A stretch of 64,000 bases of DNA, taken from contig OZ241907.1 in the NCBI GenBank assembly GCA_965203515.1, forward strand, positions 3,328,001 through 3,392,000, in the 5' to 3' direction. The notes below the pieces were generated by a model. That model had not been told where the DNA came from. It ran no database searches and worked only from the letters and a program-made list of their open reading frames with translations. Shown in pieces: positions 55,294 through 64,000 of the stretch. Source of the stretch: Spirochaetia bacterium. Lineage in GTDB: Bacteria > Spirochaetota > Spirochaetia > SZUA-6 > Bin103. Numbering within the stretch: the first letter of the stretch is position 1; every line of letters starts with the position of its first letter. The position numbers and the translations under genes were made by a program.

Positions 55294-57633
55294 ATGTTGA
55301 CCCAAGAACGGCTGGGAACCGGCTGGACGACCACCGACGCCGACCGGCAGGTGGCCGCCGAACTGGCCGCTCGCATCCCCCCTCGCGTCTTCGACGCACA
55401 CATGCATCTCTATGACACCAGGCATTTTCCAGACGTTGGTCCGATGCTCGCGCAGGGACCGGAGCGGGTCGGCCTTGCCGATTGGAGGGAGTTGGTCGGC
55501 GCCCAGGTCGGAGGAGCCGACCGGCTGGCAGGCGCGCTGGTCCTGCCGTTTCCGGCCCCGCAGCTGCCGGTCGGCCCCAAGAACGAGTACGTCGCGGCGC
55601 AGACCGCCGGCCACCCGACGGCGATCCGCGCGTATCTGGTAGCGGCGGACACGACGCCGGCGGAGGCCGAAGAGGACCTCGAAGGCGAGGGGATCGGCGG
55701 CTTCAAGTGCTACCACTGCTACAGCGCCCGAGCGGACACGCAACAGTCGTACATCGATGAGTTCCTGCCCGACTGGACGTGGCGGGTCGCCGACGAGCGC
55801 GGCTGGTTCATCATGCTGCACATCGTGCGCGACCCGGCGCTCGACGATCCGGAGAACCGGCGGCAGATACGCGAGCAGTGCGAGCGCTTTCCGAACGCGC
55901 AACTCATCCTGGCGCATGCCGCGCGCGGCTTCCACGGCCCGAACACCACCAAGGCGATCGCTTCTCTGCGCGGCCTGCGAAACGTCTGGTTCGACACCTC
56001 CGCCATCTGCGAGGCGGAGCCGATGATCGCCATCCTGGACGAGTTCGGGCCGCGCCGCCTCCTGTACGGCTCCGACTTCCCGGTCTCGCACCAGCGCGGG
56101 CGCTCGATCACGCTGGGCACCGGGTTCGCCTGGATCGCGACCGACCAACTCGAGTGGAACGACCGCGCCTTCTTCGGCCGACCGATATCGGTCGGCCTGG
56201 AGGAAGTGCGCGCGATCTTCCATGCCGCCGACCGGATCGGACTCGACGAAGCCGACCTGCAGGACGTCTTCTGCGACAACGCGGAGCGGCTGCTGGGTCT
56301 GCGCCGCGAGGACCCCGACCTGGGGCAGAAGAGCTACGAGCGGGCGCTGTCGATCATCCCGCGCGGCAACCATCTGCTGAGCAAGAACCCGGACCGCATG
56401 GCGCCCGGGCTCTGGCCGGCCTATTTCCGCGAGGCGCGCGGCTGCGAAGTGTGGGACGAGTCCGGACGCCACTTCTATGATTGCGCCTCGCACGGGATCG
56501 GGGCGACCATCCTGGGGTTCCGCGACCCGGACGTCACCCGCGCGGTCGTGCGGCGGGTCAACCTGGGGAGCTGCTCGACCCTCAATCCGCGCGAGGAGCT
56601 GGAGCTTGCCGAGCTGCTGTGCGGCCTGCATCCCTGGGCGGAACGGGTGCGGCTGGCGCGCACCGGCGGCGAGACGATGACCGTGGCGGTGCGCATCGCC
56701 CGCGCTACCACCGACCGTTCGGTGGTAGCGATCAGCGGCTACCATGGCTGGCACGACTGGTATCTGGCGGCGAACCTGGGAGCGGAAGACGCGCTGCGCG
56801 GCCACCTGATGCCGGGCCTGGAGCCGCTCGGCGTGCCGCGCGAGCTGCGCGGCACCGCGCACGTGTTCGAGTGGGGAGACTTGGCAGCCTTCGACCGCAT
56901 CGTCGCCGAGCACGGCGACCGGCTCGCGGCCGTGGTCATGGAACCGTGCCGGGGGCGCGACCCGGAACCCGGCTACCTCGCGCACATCCGCGACCAGGCT
57001 CACCGGGCCGGCGCGCTGCTGATCTTCGACGAGACCTCCATCGGCTTTCGTCTGGAGCGCGCCGGAGCGCATGCCCGGTTCGGCGTGGAGCCCGACCTGG
57101 CGGCGTTCGGCAAGAGCCTGGGCAACGGCCATCCGATCGGCGCGGTGATCGGCACCGCGGCCGCCATGGAGGGCGCCGAGCACTCGTTCATCTCCAGCAG
57201 CTACTGGACCGAGGCGGTGGGACCGGCCGCGGCGGTGGCCGCGGTCAAGAAGATGACGCAGCGGCTCGACGTGCCGGCCTTCGTCGCCGCGGTGGGAGAG
57301 CGCGTCACCGCCGCATGGCGGCGGCACGCCGCCGCCGCCGGGGTGCCGATCGTGACCGGCGACAGCTATCCGTGCATCGCCCACGCCGCCTTCGACCACG
57401 AGCAGGCCCGCGAGCTCGGCGTGCTGTACACGCAGCTCATGCTGGAGCGCGGCTTCCTGGCGCCGCCGGTGATCTACTGCTCGATGGCTCACACGGAGGA
57501 GGTGCTCGACAAGTACGAAGCGGCGATGGCGCCGGTCATGGCCGAGCTGGGCGAGGCGATCCGCACGGGCGACGCCGCCGACCGGCTGCGCGGTCCCCTG
57601 CCGGCGGAAGGCTTCCGGCGCCTGGTCCGTTGA
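55294..57633 (+). CDS. Fusion of amidohydrolase (Amidohydro_2) and class III PLP aminotransferase (GSA-aminomutase-like)
   Basis: AAGGAGG RBS. N-half: DAHMH, GFK, LAHAA, YGSDFP. C-half: TGGE, GYHGW, MEP, LIFDET.IGFR, FGKSLGNG. Confidence 0.88.
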   Translation: MLTQERLGTGWTTTDADRQVAAELAARIPPRVFDAHMHLYDTRHFPDVGPMLAQGPERVGLADWRELVGAQVGGADRLAGALVLPFPAPQLPVGPKNEYVAAQTAGHPTAIRAYLVAADTTPAEAEEDLEGEGIGGFKCYHCYSARADTQQSYIDEFLPDWTWRVADERGWFIMLHIVRDPALDDPENRRQIREQCERFPNAQLILAHAARGFHGPNTTKAIASLRGLRNVWFDTSAICEAEPMIAILDEFGPRRLLYGSDFPVSHQRGRSITLGTGFAWIATDQLEWNDRAFFGRPISVGLEEVRAIFHAADRIGLDEADLQDVFCDNAERLLGLRREDPDLGQKSYERALSIIPRGNHLLSKNPDRMAPGLWPAYFREARGCEVWDESGRHFYDCASHGIGATILGFRDPDVTRAVVRRVNLGSCSTLNPREELELAELLCGLHPWAERVRLARTGGETMTVAVRIARATTDRSVVAISGYHGWHDWYLAANLGAEDALRGHLMPGLEPLGVPRELRGTAHVFEWGDLAAFDRIVAEHGDRLAAVVMEPCRGRDPEPGYLAHIRDQAHRAGALLIFDETSIGFRLERAGAHARFGVEPDLAAFGKSLGNGHPIGAVIGTAAAMEGAEHSFISSSYWTEAVGPAAAVAAVKKMTQRLDVPAFVAAVGERVTAAWRRHAAAAGVPIVTGDSYPCIAHAAFDHEQARELGVLYTQLMLERGFLAPPVIYCSMAHTEEVLDKYEAAMAPVMAELGEAIRTGDAADRLRGPLPAEGFRRLVR

Positions 57634-57653
57634 GGAGTGCGGTGCGGCCCGAG

Positions 57654-58124
57654 CTAGCCGGCCGCGGTGTCGAGGGAGGTCAGAAACGTCTCGATCTCCC
57701 GCTCGAACCGGCGGGATACGCCGTCGAGTCTTCCGCCGAGCCGCGTGACGCGGCCTCCTTTGAGCTCGAAGCCGTAGATGTTGCGGAACAGATGCCGGAA
57801 CGACAGAAACTCGTCGAGCTCGGCGGCCAGGTCTTCACTGATGACCGCCGGCCTGATGCCGGGAACCGGCACCGTCATACGGAACAGCAACTCCTTATGC
57901 CACGCCTCGCCCCGATGGGCGGTGCCGTTCATCGCCGCGCCGATCCGCCGGAAGACCCGCTCGCAGCAGTTGTAGAAGTCGTGCATGACCGATCCCAGGA
58001 CGCGCGGATTCCGATCCGGTTTGGCGAGCTCGTCGAGCGCTTCGTTCCGGAGCTGTGCGGCGTTCGTCAGCTCGCGCCGGATTGCGGTCTCGAGCTCGGT
58101 CAGACTTCCGTCATCCGGCGTCAT
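57654..58124 (-). CDS. HEPN / HepT-like ribonuclease toxin (MNT-HEPN pair 2)
   Basis: MHDFYNCCERVF.RI, WHKELL..M, RPAVIS, FRHLFRNIYG. Confidence 0.85.
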   Translation of the reverse strand: MTPDDGSLTELETAIRRELTNAAQLRNEALDELAKPDRNPRVLGSVMHDFYNCCERVFRRIGAAMNGTAHRGEAWHKELLFRMTVPVPGIRPAVISEDLAAELDEFLSFRHLFRNIYGFELKGGRVTRLGGRLDGVSRRFEREIETFLTSLDTAAG

Positions 58125-58464
58125 GCAGTACCGCTCCGGTAGCGATGACGTGCTCGCGCGTCGCGGGGGGGAGCTCTTCCCATGGTTTGATATCGAGCGG
58201 GTAGCCGGCTTCGGCGCTCAGCGTTCCCAGGAGCTTGAAGTAGTCGTCAGGTGGCAGCCCCTCGACCGCCAGATCGATATCCGACCATACCGACAGCGGC
58301 GATCCGGTGGCGACGGAGCCGTACAGGTAGAGACGGCGAAAGCTGAACCGCTCCGTTGCCAGCCCGGCCAGCCGGACCGCCTCCGCGCGCATCGCCGCCC
58401 GCATCCGCCGCTGGCGTCGCCGTTGGCGCTCGACGATGCGGGACCGGTAGCTGTCCGTGATCAT
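58111..58464 (-). CDS. Minimal nucleotidyltransferase (MNT) antitoxin (pair 2)
   Basis: LYLYGSVATGSPLSVWSDIDLAVEGL; overlaps the HEPN start. Confidence 0.85.
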   Translation of the reverse strand: MITDSYRSRIVERQRRRQRRMRAAMRAEAVRLAGLATERFSFRRLYLYGSVATGSPLSVWSDIDLAVEGLPPDDYFKLLGTLSAEAGYPLDIKPWEELPPATREHVIATGAVLHDAG

Positions 58465-58496
58465 CAATCTAACGGTGTGGTCGACCTGTCTGCCGG

Positions 58497-60347
58497 TCAA
58501 CCGGGCGCGACGCCCTGCATGTTCCAGCCGGCCAGGGTCAGGAGCGGCTGGATCGCGCGGTCCCGCTCCAGCACCTCCGGCCGCACGTCGCGCAGTCGTG
58601 CGCACCGCTCCTTGAGCTCCCGCTCGGTCAGCGGTGTGCCGAGCGGCGGCTCGCCGGCCGCGTGCCAGCGGTCGATCTCGCCGCGGTGGCCCAGTCGGCG
58701 CAGCGCGTTCCAGTAACCGCGGTGATGGTCGCGCTGGTAGCTGTCCCAGAAGAACAGGCGGTCGCTGCCGGCGTCATAGAGCATCTTGGCCATGCGCCGG
58801 AAGTCTTCCGGCGGCATGGAGCGCGGCATGACGTTCATCGCCAGCCGGCAATCGGTGCCGGCCACCGCCTCCGCGAACGGGATTACCTGGTCCGGGCCGC
58901 TCCACGTGTCGGTCGGCACCGGCAGCGCGTAGGGTGCGCCGCTGTACGGCATCACCGTGTCGACCAGGCCGCCGCGCGCCCAGGCGGCCACGTCGATGCC
59001 GAAGAACAGGTTGTCCTCGATGCTGCCCAGGATGCAGGCCGAAACCTCGATCGGCGATCCGCGGGCGCCGGCCTCGGCGGCCATGGCGCCGCGCACGCGC
59101 CGCATGAACCCGGTCAGCATGCCCGCGCGGTAGCGCAGCCACTCCGGATCGTCGGGCGGCAGCTGCCGCGCATCCCTGCCGGTCGCCGCCCTGAAGCCGG
59201 CGGTCAGCGGCTCCTCGTAGTCCAGGTACGGCGGGCGGCGGTTGTAGAGCAGCGTGATGCCGTCGACCGGGTAGGCGCGCACGACCTCGCGGAGCACGGC
59301 GATGCAATACTCCTGTACTTCCGGGAATGCGTAGGAGAGGCGCGCCTGATCGCGGCCGTCGCGGTCCTTGCAGCGCCACTCCGGGTGGCGGTCGTACAGT
59401 CCGTCGGCAAAGGCGTAGTCGAGCAGCGGCGGCGGGTAGGTCCAGCCGGCCAGGCGGTAGGCGGCGTGGAAGCCCAGACCCATGCCGTGCGCGTACGCGA
59501 CCGCTTCGCCGAACGGGTCGATGCCCGCCTCGATCAGGCGGGTCCAGCCCTCATGCCGATAGCGGTCCCACTTGCGCCCGTAATCCGGCGCCGGAATCCG
59601 GTCCAGCGTGCGCCCGATCCTGGTGGGATAGTTGAGCAGGTCGCCCGAGCCGAGCTCCCAGTGGATGCGCTCGAAGTCGCTGTCGCGGTACGGCTCGAGC
59701 TCCTCCCGGATCGCTTCGACGGTGCCGGCCTGCAGCACGTGATTGACGTCGGTGTGGCCCTGCAGGCGTTTGTGGGATCGGTCGGCGCGGTCGGCGCGCA
59801 CGAGCGCGGCCTCTGCGCCGGTGAGCGGCACCAGCTTGACGTAGGCGATGCGCGCCGGCGAACGATCGCCCGGCTCGGGATGGGCGCCGGCGCCCATCCG
59901 GTACTGGGAGAAGATGATCTCCTGATCGGTCAGGTCGGCGACCTTCCAGAAGATCTCCTCCAGGCGGCGCCGCTTGAGGTGGCCGCCGGGGTCCCATTCG
60001 AGTACCGAGAAGGACCGGTCGCCGGTGAGCCGGGCCCGCAGCCACGCCGCGTCGCCGGTGGCGTTGCGCCCGTCGATCTGGCCGACGTCGGTCGGGTGGA
60101 TGCCGATCGAAATCGCGTGCGGTCCCCGACGGCGCGGCCGGCAGGTGACGTCGGGCGCGCCGGTTTCCGGGTTGGCCATGAGCATGGTGCCGGCGAATGT
60201 CGGCGTCTCGTACTGCAGGGTGCGCCAGCAGCCGCGCCGCGACTGGCGGCTCAGGGCGTCGGAAGGGGTGCACCGGTCCAGATCCGACAGGTAGATCGGA
60301 GGCGAGGCGAAGGCGCGGTCGCCGATCAGGTCGGGTAGAGGTGTCAT
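58497..60347 (-). CDS. Putative glycoside hydrolase-like TIM-barrel protein (GHL10-like)
   Basis: HPEW, LSYAFPEVQEY....LREVV..YPVDGI.L, LTGFMRRVR, DV..W...GLVD motifs. Start ATG 60347. Confidence 0.65.
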   Translation of the reverse strand: MTPLPDLIGDRAFASPPIYLSDLDRCTPSDALSRQSRRGCWRTLQYETPTFAGTMLMANPETGAPDVTCRPRRRGPHAISIGIHPTDVGQIDGRNATGDAAWLRARLTGDRSFSVLEWDPGGHLKRRRLEEIFWKVADLTDQEIIFSQYRMGAGAHPEPGDRSPARIAYVKLVPLTGAEAALVRADRADRSHKRLQGHTDVNHVLQAGTVEAIREELEPYRDSDFERIHWELGSGDLLNYPTRIGRTLDRIPAPDYGRKWDRYRHEGWTRLIEAGIDPFGEAVAYAHGMGLGFHAAYRLAGWTYPPPLLDYAFADGLYDRHPEWRCKDRDGRDQARLSYAFPEVQEYCIAVLREVVRAYPVDGITLLYNRRPPYLDYEEPLTAGFRAATGRDARQLPPDDPEWLRYRAGMLTGFMRRVRGAMAAEAGARGSPIEVSACILGSIEDNLFFGIDVAAWARGGLVDTVMPYSGAPYALPVPTDTWSGPDQVIPFAEAVAGTDCRLAMNVMPRSMPPEDFRRMAKMLYDAGSDRLFFWDSYQRDHHRGYWNALRRLGHRGEIDRWHAAGEPPLGTPLTERELKERCARLRDVRPEVLERDRAIQPLLTLAGWNMQGVAPG

Positions 60348-60481
60348 GCCGCCCAGGAAATGGCGGGCCGACGCTAGCAGAATCCGCGTCCGGCGGCAAG
60401 GCGCAGTGGTGTGGCGGACCACGCTCGACGGCGTGACGGCGCCGTTGCAGGTTGCAGGCCGACGGTTGTAAGCTGCCGTCC

Positions 60482-61240
60482 GTGGGCGACGCTCCGCCCT
60501 GGTACCGCGTCTGGTTCGACTCTCCGTACTACGGGATACTCTATGGCGACCGCGATCAGGCCGAGGCGGACGCCTTCATCCGCCGATTGGCGCGCACGTT
60601 GCGGGCGCAACCGCCGGCCGCAGCGCTGGACGTGGCGTGCGGCACCGGCCGGCACGCGGTGGTGCTGGCCGACCTGGGCTACGACGTGCTGGGCATCGAC
60701 CTGTCGGCGCCCAGCATCGCTCAGGCCCGGCGGCGCGCGCGCGCGAACCTGCGCTTCCAGGTCCTGGACATGCGGGCGATCGAGTGGCGCGATCGCTTCG
60801 ACGTCGCGCTCAACCTGTTCACCAGCTTCGGCTACTTCGGCGTCGAAGACGACGAGCGGCGCGTGCTGGCCGGCATCCGGCGCGCCCTGCGGCCCGGCGG
60901 CGAGCTGGTGATCGACTTCCTCAACGCCGCGCGCACCGTCGCCGAGCTGGTGCCCCGCGAGCGGGCCGAGCGCGGCGGCATCGCCTTCGACATCACCCGC
61001 GAGCTGTCCGGACAGACCATCGTCAAGACGATCGAGGTCGACGACCCTCGGCGGCCGGCCGGCCGGCCGCGCCCGCGCTTCCGGGAACGGGTGCGCGCCC
61101 TGAGCGCCGGCACCCTGCGCGGCTACCTGCAGGACGCCGGCCTGCGCATCGAGCGGCGCTACGGCGACTACGCGCTCAACCCGTTCCGTGCGGAGACGTC
61201 CGACCGGTTGATCCTGGTGGCGCGCAAGCCGGAACGTTGA
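60482..61240 (+). CDS. Class I SAM-dependent methyltransferase (candidate bacillithiol N-methyltransferase, NmbA-like)
   Basis: LDVACGTGRH, GIDLS, DMR, NLFTSFGYF, LRPGG; 4 nt upstream of bshC. Confidence 0.85.
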   Translation: MGDAPPWYRVWFDSPYYGILYGDRDQAEADAFIRRLARTLRAQPPAAALDVACGTGRHAVVLADLGYDVLGIDLSAPSIAQARRRARANLRFQVLDMRAIEWRDRFDVALNLFTSFGYFGVEDDERRVLAGIRRALRPGGELVIDFLNAARTVAELVPRERAERGGIAFDITRELSGQTIVKTIEVDDPRRPAGRPRPRFRERVRALSAGTLRGYLQDAGLRIERRYGDYALNPFRAETSDRLILVARKPER

Positions 61241-61244
61241 CGCG

Positions 61245-62921
61245 ATGCCCGCCACCGCCACCGCCACCGCCACCGCCACCGTCGGCGCCGGCGCCCGGAT
61301 CGACACGGTGCCGCTCGCCCTGCTCTACCCGGGCCACGCGCTGCTGCGGGATCTGGCCGCCGGCTCGCCGGCGGCGGCGCGGTTCTTCACCGTCTCGCCG
61401 GGGGAGCCCGACGCCGCGCTGGAGGCGGCCGCCGAGTCCCGGTCCGGCGCTTCCCACCGGTCCGGCGCTCCCCCCCTGCCCGCCGCGGTGGCGCCGGCGC
61501 TCGCCGCCTACCAGCGGCGGTGCGGAGGGGACGACCGGTCGGTCGCCAACGCGGAGGCGCTGGCCGCCGGACGGGCGTCCTGCGTCGTCACCGGCCAGCA
61601 GCCCGGACTGCTCGGCGGCCCGGTCCATAACGCCTACAAGATCGCCACCGCCGTGCGGCTGGCGCGCCGGGCGGCCGTGCGCACCGGCCGGCCGTGCGCG
61701 CCGGTCTTCTGGCTCGCCTCCGAAGACCACGACGTTGGCGAGGCCAACCACACCTTCGGCGCCACGCCGGACGGCGAGATCGGCCGCGTCTCCTTTCGCG
61801 CCGCCGGCGGCCGCGAGCTGAGCCGGCTGCCGCTCGACGCGCAGGTGACCGGCGCCGCGGCGCGCTACTTCGACGAGCTGCTGCCCGCCGGCGACCGGCG
61901 CCGCGCGCGCGCCCCGTACGCGCCGGACGGGGCGTGGAGCTTCGCCGGCTGGGTGGCGCGGAGCTGGATGCGGCTGTTCGCCGGCACCGGTCTGGTGATC
62001 GTCGAGCCGGCGCTCCTGCGGCCGGCGTGCGGGGCGCTGTTCGAGCGATCGCTCGCCCGGCGCGGCGCGGTCGCCGAGGCGCTGGCCCGGGTCGCCGGCG
62101 AGCTGCGCGCGGCCGGCTACCGGGCGCCGCTCGACCCCGCGGCCGCCGGCATGCCGTTCCGCGTCGCCGCCGACGGCACCCGCGTGCGCGTCGCCGATGC
62201 CGCCGCCGAGCTGCGCCGCGGCGCGGTCGACCCGACCGCCCTGTCCGCCGACGCGGCGCTGCGGCCGATCTTCGCCGACGCCCTGCTGCCGAACCTCGCG
62301 CACGTGGTCGGCGCCGGCGAGCTTTCCTATCACGCCATGCTGAAGCCGCTCTACGCGCTGTTCGGGGTGGCGCAGCCGGCCGTGCTGCCGCGGCGCAGCC
62401 TCACCTTCCTGACCGAAGGCGAAGCGGCGGCGCTCGACCGCTACGGAGTCGCCGTGCGGGAGGCGCTGGCCGGCGCCGTGCATCCCGGCGCGGCGACCGC
62501 CCGGCTGCTCGACGCCGGCGACGCGGCCGATTTCGAACGGACGGCGGCCGGCATCCGCGCGGCCTTCGAGCCGCTCGCCGAGCGGGTCAGCGCCGTCGAT
62601 CCGGGGCTGGCGCGCACCTGGCAGCGCTCCCGTGAGCATGCCCTGCGCGGTCTGACCCGCCTCCGGTCGCGCACCGGCCGCGCCGTGCTGGCGCGCCGCG
62701 GCTATTCGCGCGCCGCGCTGCATCGGCTGCTCAACCAGCTCCGCCCGCGCGGCCGGCCGCAGGAGCGGGTCTTTCCCGTGCCCCACTTCCTGGCCCGCTT
62801 CGGCGCGGCATTCCTCACCGCGTGCCTGATCGACGAGCCGGCCGGGGCGTTCACTCATGAAGTGGTGGCCCTGCCGGCCGCGCCCGCTGCACCGGGGCCG
62901 ACCGCGGAGAGCACGCCGTGA
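61245..62921 (+). CDS. bshC: Bacillithiol biosynthesis cysteine-adding enzyme BshC
   Basis: VVTGQQPGLLGGP...YK, PVFWLASEDHD..E, LRP...D.LLP....V.G.GELSY, PQERV. Confidence 0.92.
   Translation: MPATATATATATVGAGARIDTVPLALLYPGHALLRDLAAGSPAAARFFTVSPGEPDAALEAAAESRSGASHRSGAPPLPAAVAPALAAYQRRCGGDDRSVANAEALAAGRASCVVTGQQPGLLGGPVHNAYKIATAVRLARRAAVRTGRPCAPVFWLASEDHDVGEANHTFGATPDGEIGRVSFRAAGGRELSRLPLDAQVTGAAARYFDELLPAGDRRRARAPYAPDGAWSFAGWVARSWMRLFAGTGLVIVEPALLRPACGALFERSLARRGAVAEALARVAGELRAAGYRAPLDPAAAGMPFRVAADGTRVRVADAAAELRRGAVDPTALSADAALRPIFADALLPNLAHVVGAGELSYHAMLKPLYALFGVAQPAVLPRRSLTFLTEGEAAALDRYGVAVREALAGAVHPGAATARLLDAGDAADFERTAAGIRAAFEPLAERVSAVDPGLARTWQRSREHALRGLTRLRSRTGRAVLARRGYSRAALHRLLNQLRPRGRPQERVFPVPHFLARFGAAFLTACLIDEPAGAFTHEVVALPAAPAAPGPTAESTP
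61251..61280 (+). repeat. (GCCACC)5 microsatellite at the 5' end of bshC
   Basis: Encodes ATATATATAT in frame. Confidence 0.9.
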
Positions 62922-64000
62922 GGATCGGCATCTCCTGCTACCCCACCCACGGCGGCAGCGGCGTGGTCGCCACCGAGCTGGGTCTGCGGCTGGCCGAGCG
63001 CGGCCATTCGGTCGCGTTCGTGAGCTACTCGGCGCCGTTGCGCCTCAACGCGCTGCCGCCGCGCGTCTGCTTCCACGAGGTGGCGATCGAGGAGTACCCG
63101 CTGCTCAAGCAGTTCCCCTACACGCTCGCGCTCGCCTCCAAGCTCGCGGAGGTGGCGCGGTCGCACCGCCTGCGGGTGCTGCACGTCCATTACGCGATCC
63201 CGTTCGCGGCCGCGGCGATCCTGGCCCGGCAGATCGCGCCCGACCTCGACTTGAAGGTGGTGACGACCCTGCACGGCACCGACATCACTCTGGTCGGCAG
63301 CAACGACAGCTTCCGGCCCGTGACCGCCTTCTGCATCGAGCGCTCCGACGCGGTGACCGCCGTCTCGTACGCCCTGCGCGCGGAGACCGACCGCGTGTTC
63401 GGCACCACGCGGCCGATCGAGGTGATCCCCAACTTCGTCGATCCCGCCCATTACCGCGACGCCCGGCCGGCCGCCTGGCCGGCCGGCGACCGGTCCGCCG
63501 CGGCCGGCGAGCGGCTGCCGGTGATCGTGCACATCTCCAACTACCGGCCGGTCAAGCGCGCGACCGACGTGGTGCGCGTGTTCGCGCGCGTGGCGGCCGA
63601 GCTGCCGGCGCGCTTGGTGCTGGTCGGCGACGGCCCGGACCTGGGCCACGCGATCGATCTGGCCCGCGAGCTCGGCGTGCTCGACCGCGTCCGCCTGATC
63701 GGCGTGGTCGACGACGTGGCGCCGTACCTGCGCGGCGCCGACCTGCTGCTGCTGCCCAGCCAGAACGAGTCGTTCGGACTGGTCGCCATGGAGGCGCTGG
63801 CCGCCGGCGTGCCGGTGATCGCCAGCCGCGTGGGCGGCCTGCCGGAGGTGGTGCAACACGGCGTATCGGGGTATCTGTTTCCCCCGGGAGATGTGGAGGG
63901 GATGGCCCGACAGGCGGCGGCGGTGCTGCGCGACCGGCCGCTGGCGGAGCGGTTGGGCCGCGCCGGCGCCGAGCGCGTGGCCAGCCGGTTCCCTCCCGAG
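62918..64000 (+). CDS. bshA: N-acetyl-alpha-D-glucosaminyl L-malate synthase BshA (3' end outside window)
   Basis: Not in the ORF track. From GTG 62918 (GTGA overlap with bshC): MRIGISCYPTHGGSGVVATELG..., LHVHYAIP, TTLHGTDITLVG, HISNYRPVKR, ESFGLVAMEA. Confidence 0.94.
   Translation, partial: MRIGISCYPTHGGSGVVATELGLRLAERGHSVAFVSYSAPLRLNALPPRVCFHEVAIEEYPLLKQFPYTLALASKLAEVARSHRLRVLHVHYAIPFAAAAILARQIAPDLDLKVVTTLHGTDITLVGSNDSFRPVTAFCIERSDAVTAVSYALRAETDRVFGTTRPIEVIPNFVDPAHYRDARPAAWPAGDRSAAAGERLPVIVHISNYRPVKRATDVVRVFARVAAELPARLVLVGDGPDLGHAIDLARELGVLDRVRLIGVVDDVAPYLRGADLLLLPSQNESFGLVAMEALAAGVPVIASRVGGLPEVVQHGVSGYLFPPGDVEGMARQAAAVLRDRPLAERLGRAGAERVASRFPPE

Noticed and set aside
54496..57492. 998-aa ORF as a giant MORN protein
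   Set aside because: The signal peptide starts at 55215; the extension is antisense to the fusion enzyme.
56300..57633. Calling the aminotransferase domain hemL
   Set aside because: It is fused to an amidohydrolase, distant from hemB, and its motifs are shared across class III enzymes.
61251..61280. (GCCACC)5 as an ON/OFF phase-variation switch
   Set aside because: The unit length is a multiple of three, so slippage keeps the frame.

Overview
A gene-dense, very GC-rich (roughly 70% by eye) bacterial chromosomal window with about 47 supportable protein-coding genes. No rRNA, tRNA, CRISPR array, integrase or transposase was recognised. Most long ORFs in the supplied track are antisense or off-frame shadows caused by high GC. 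A secreted-protein N-terminus of the form 'AAFGEGQDE' and an 'LLAC-PNP' lipobox suggest a spirochaete-like host, which is an inference only. Content: (i) catabolic and scavenging genes (four Gfo/Idh/MocA oxidoreductases, amidohydrolases, PepF, two M19 dipeptidases, M1 aminopeptidase, 5'-nucleotidase, carbohydrate ABC importer, uxaC/eda, amidase, aldo-keto reductase); (ii) two heterodimeric ABC exporters; (iii) a minus-strand putative defence locus at about 15.5-25.1 kb: a STAND-like P-loop NTPase split by a frameshift, a type III R-M mod/res pair, an MNT-HEPN pair and an RCK-gated channel with a non-canonical filter; (iv) stand-alone Fic and AAA-DUF4143 genes, each behind an AT-rich promoter with GAAA...TTTC palindromes, with four copies at an exact 31-bp period for Fic; (v) a second MNT-HEPN pair; (vi) a lipoprotein of ten phage-structural-like Gly-rich repeats with apparently nested topology, and a secreted MORN protein; (vii) an amidohydrolase/class-III aminotransferase fusion; (viii) a SAM methyltransferase-bshC-bshA operon suggestive of N-methyl-bacillithiol synthesis. 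Several genes look leaderless. All family assignments come from motif recognition by eye; no database searches were run.
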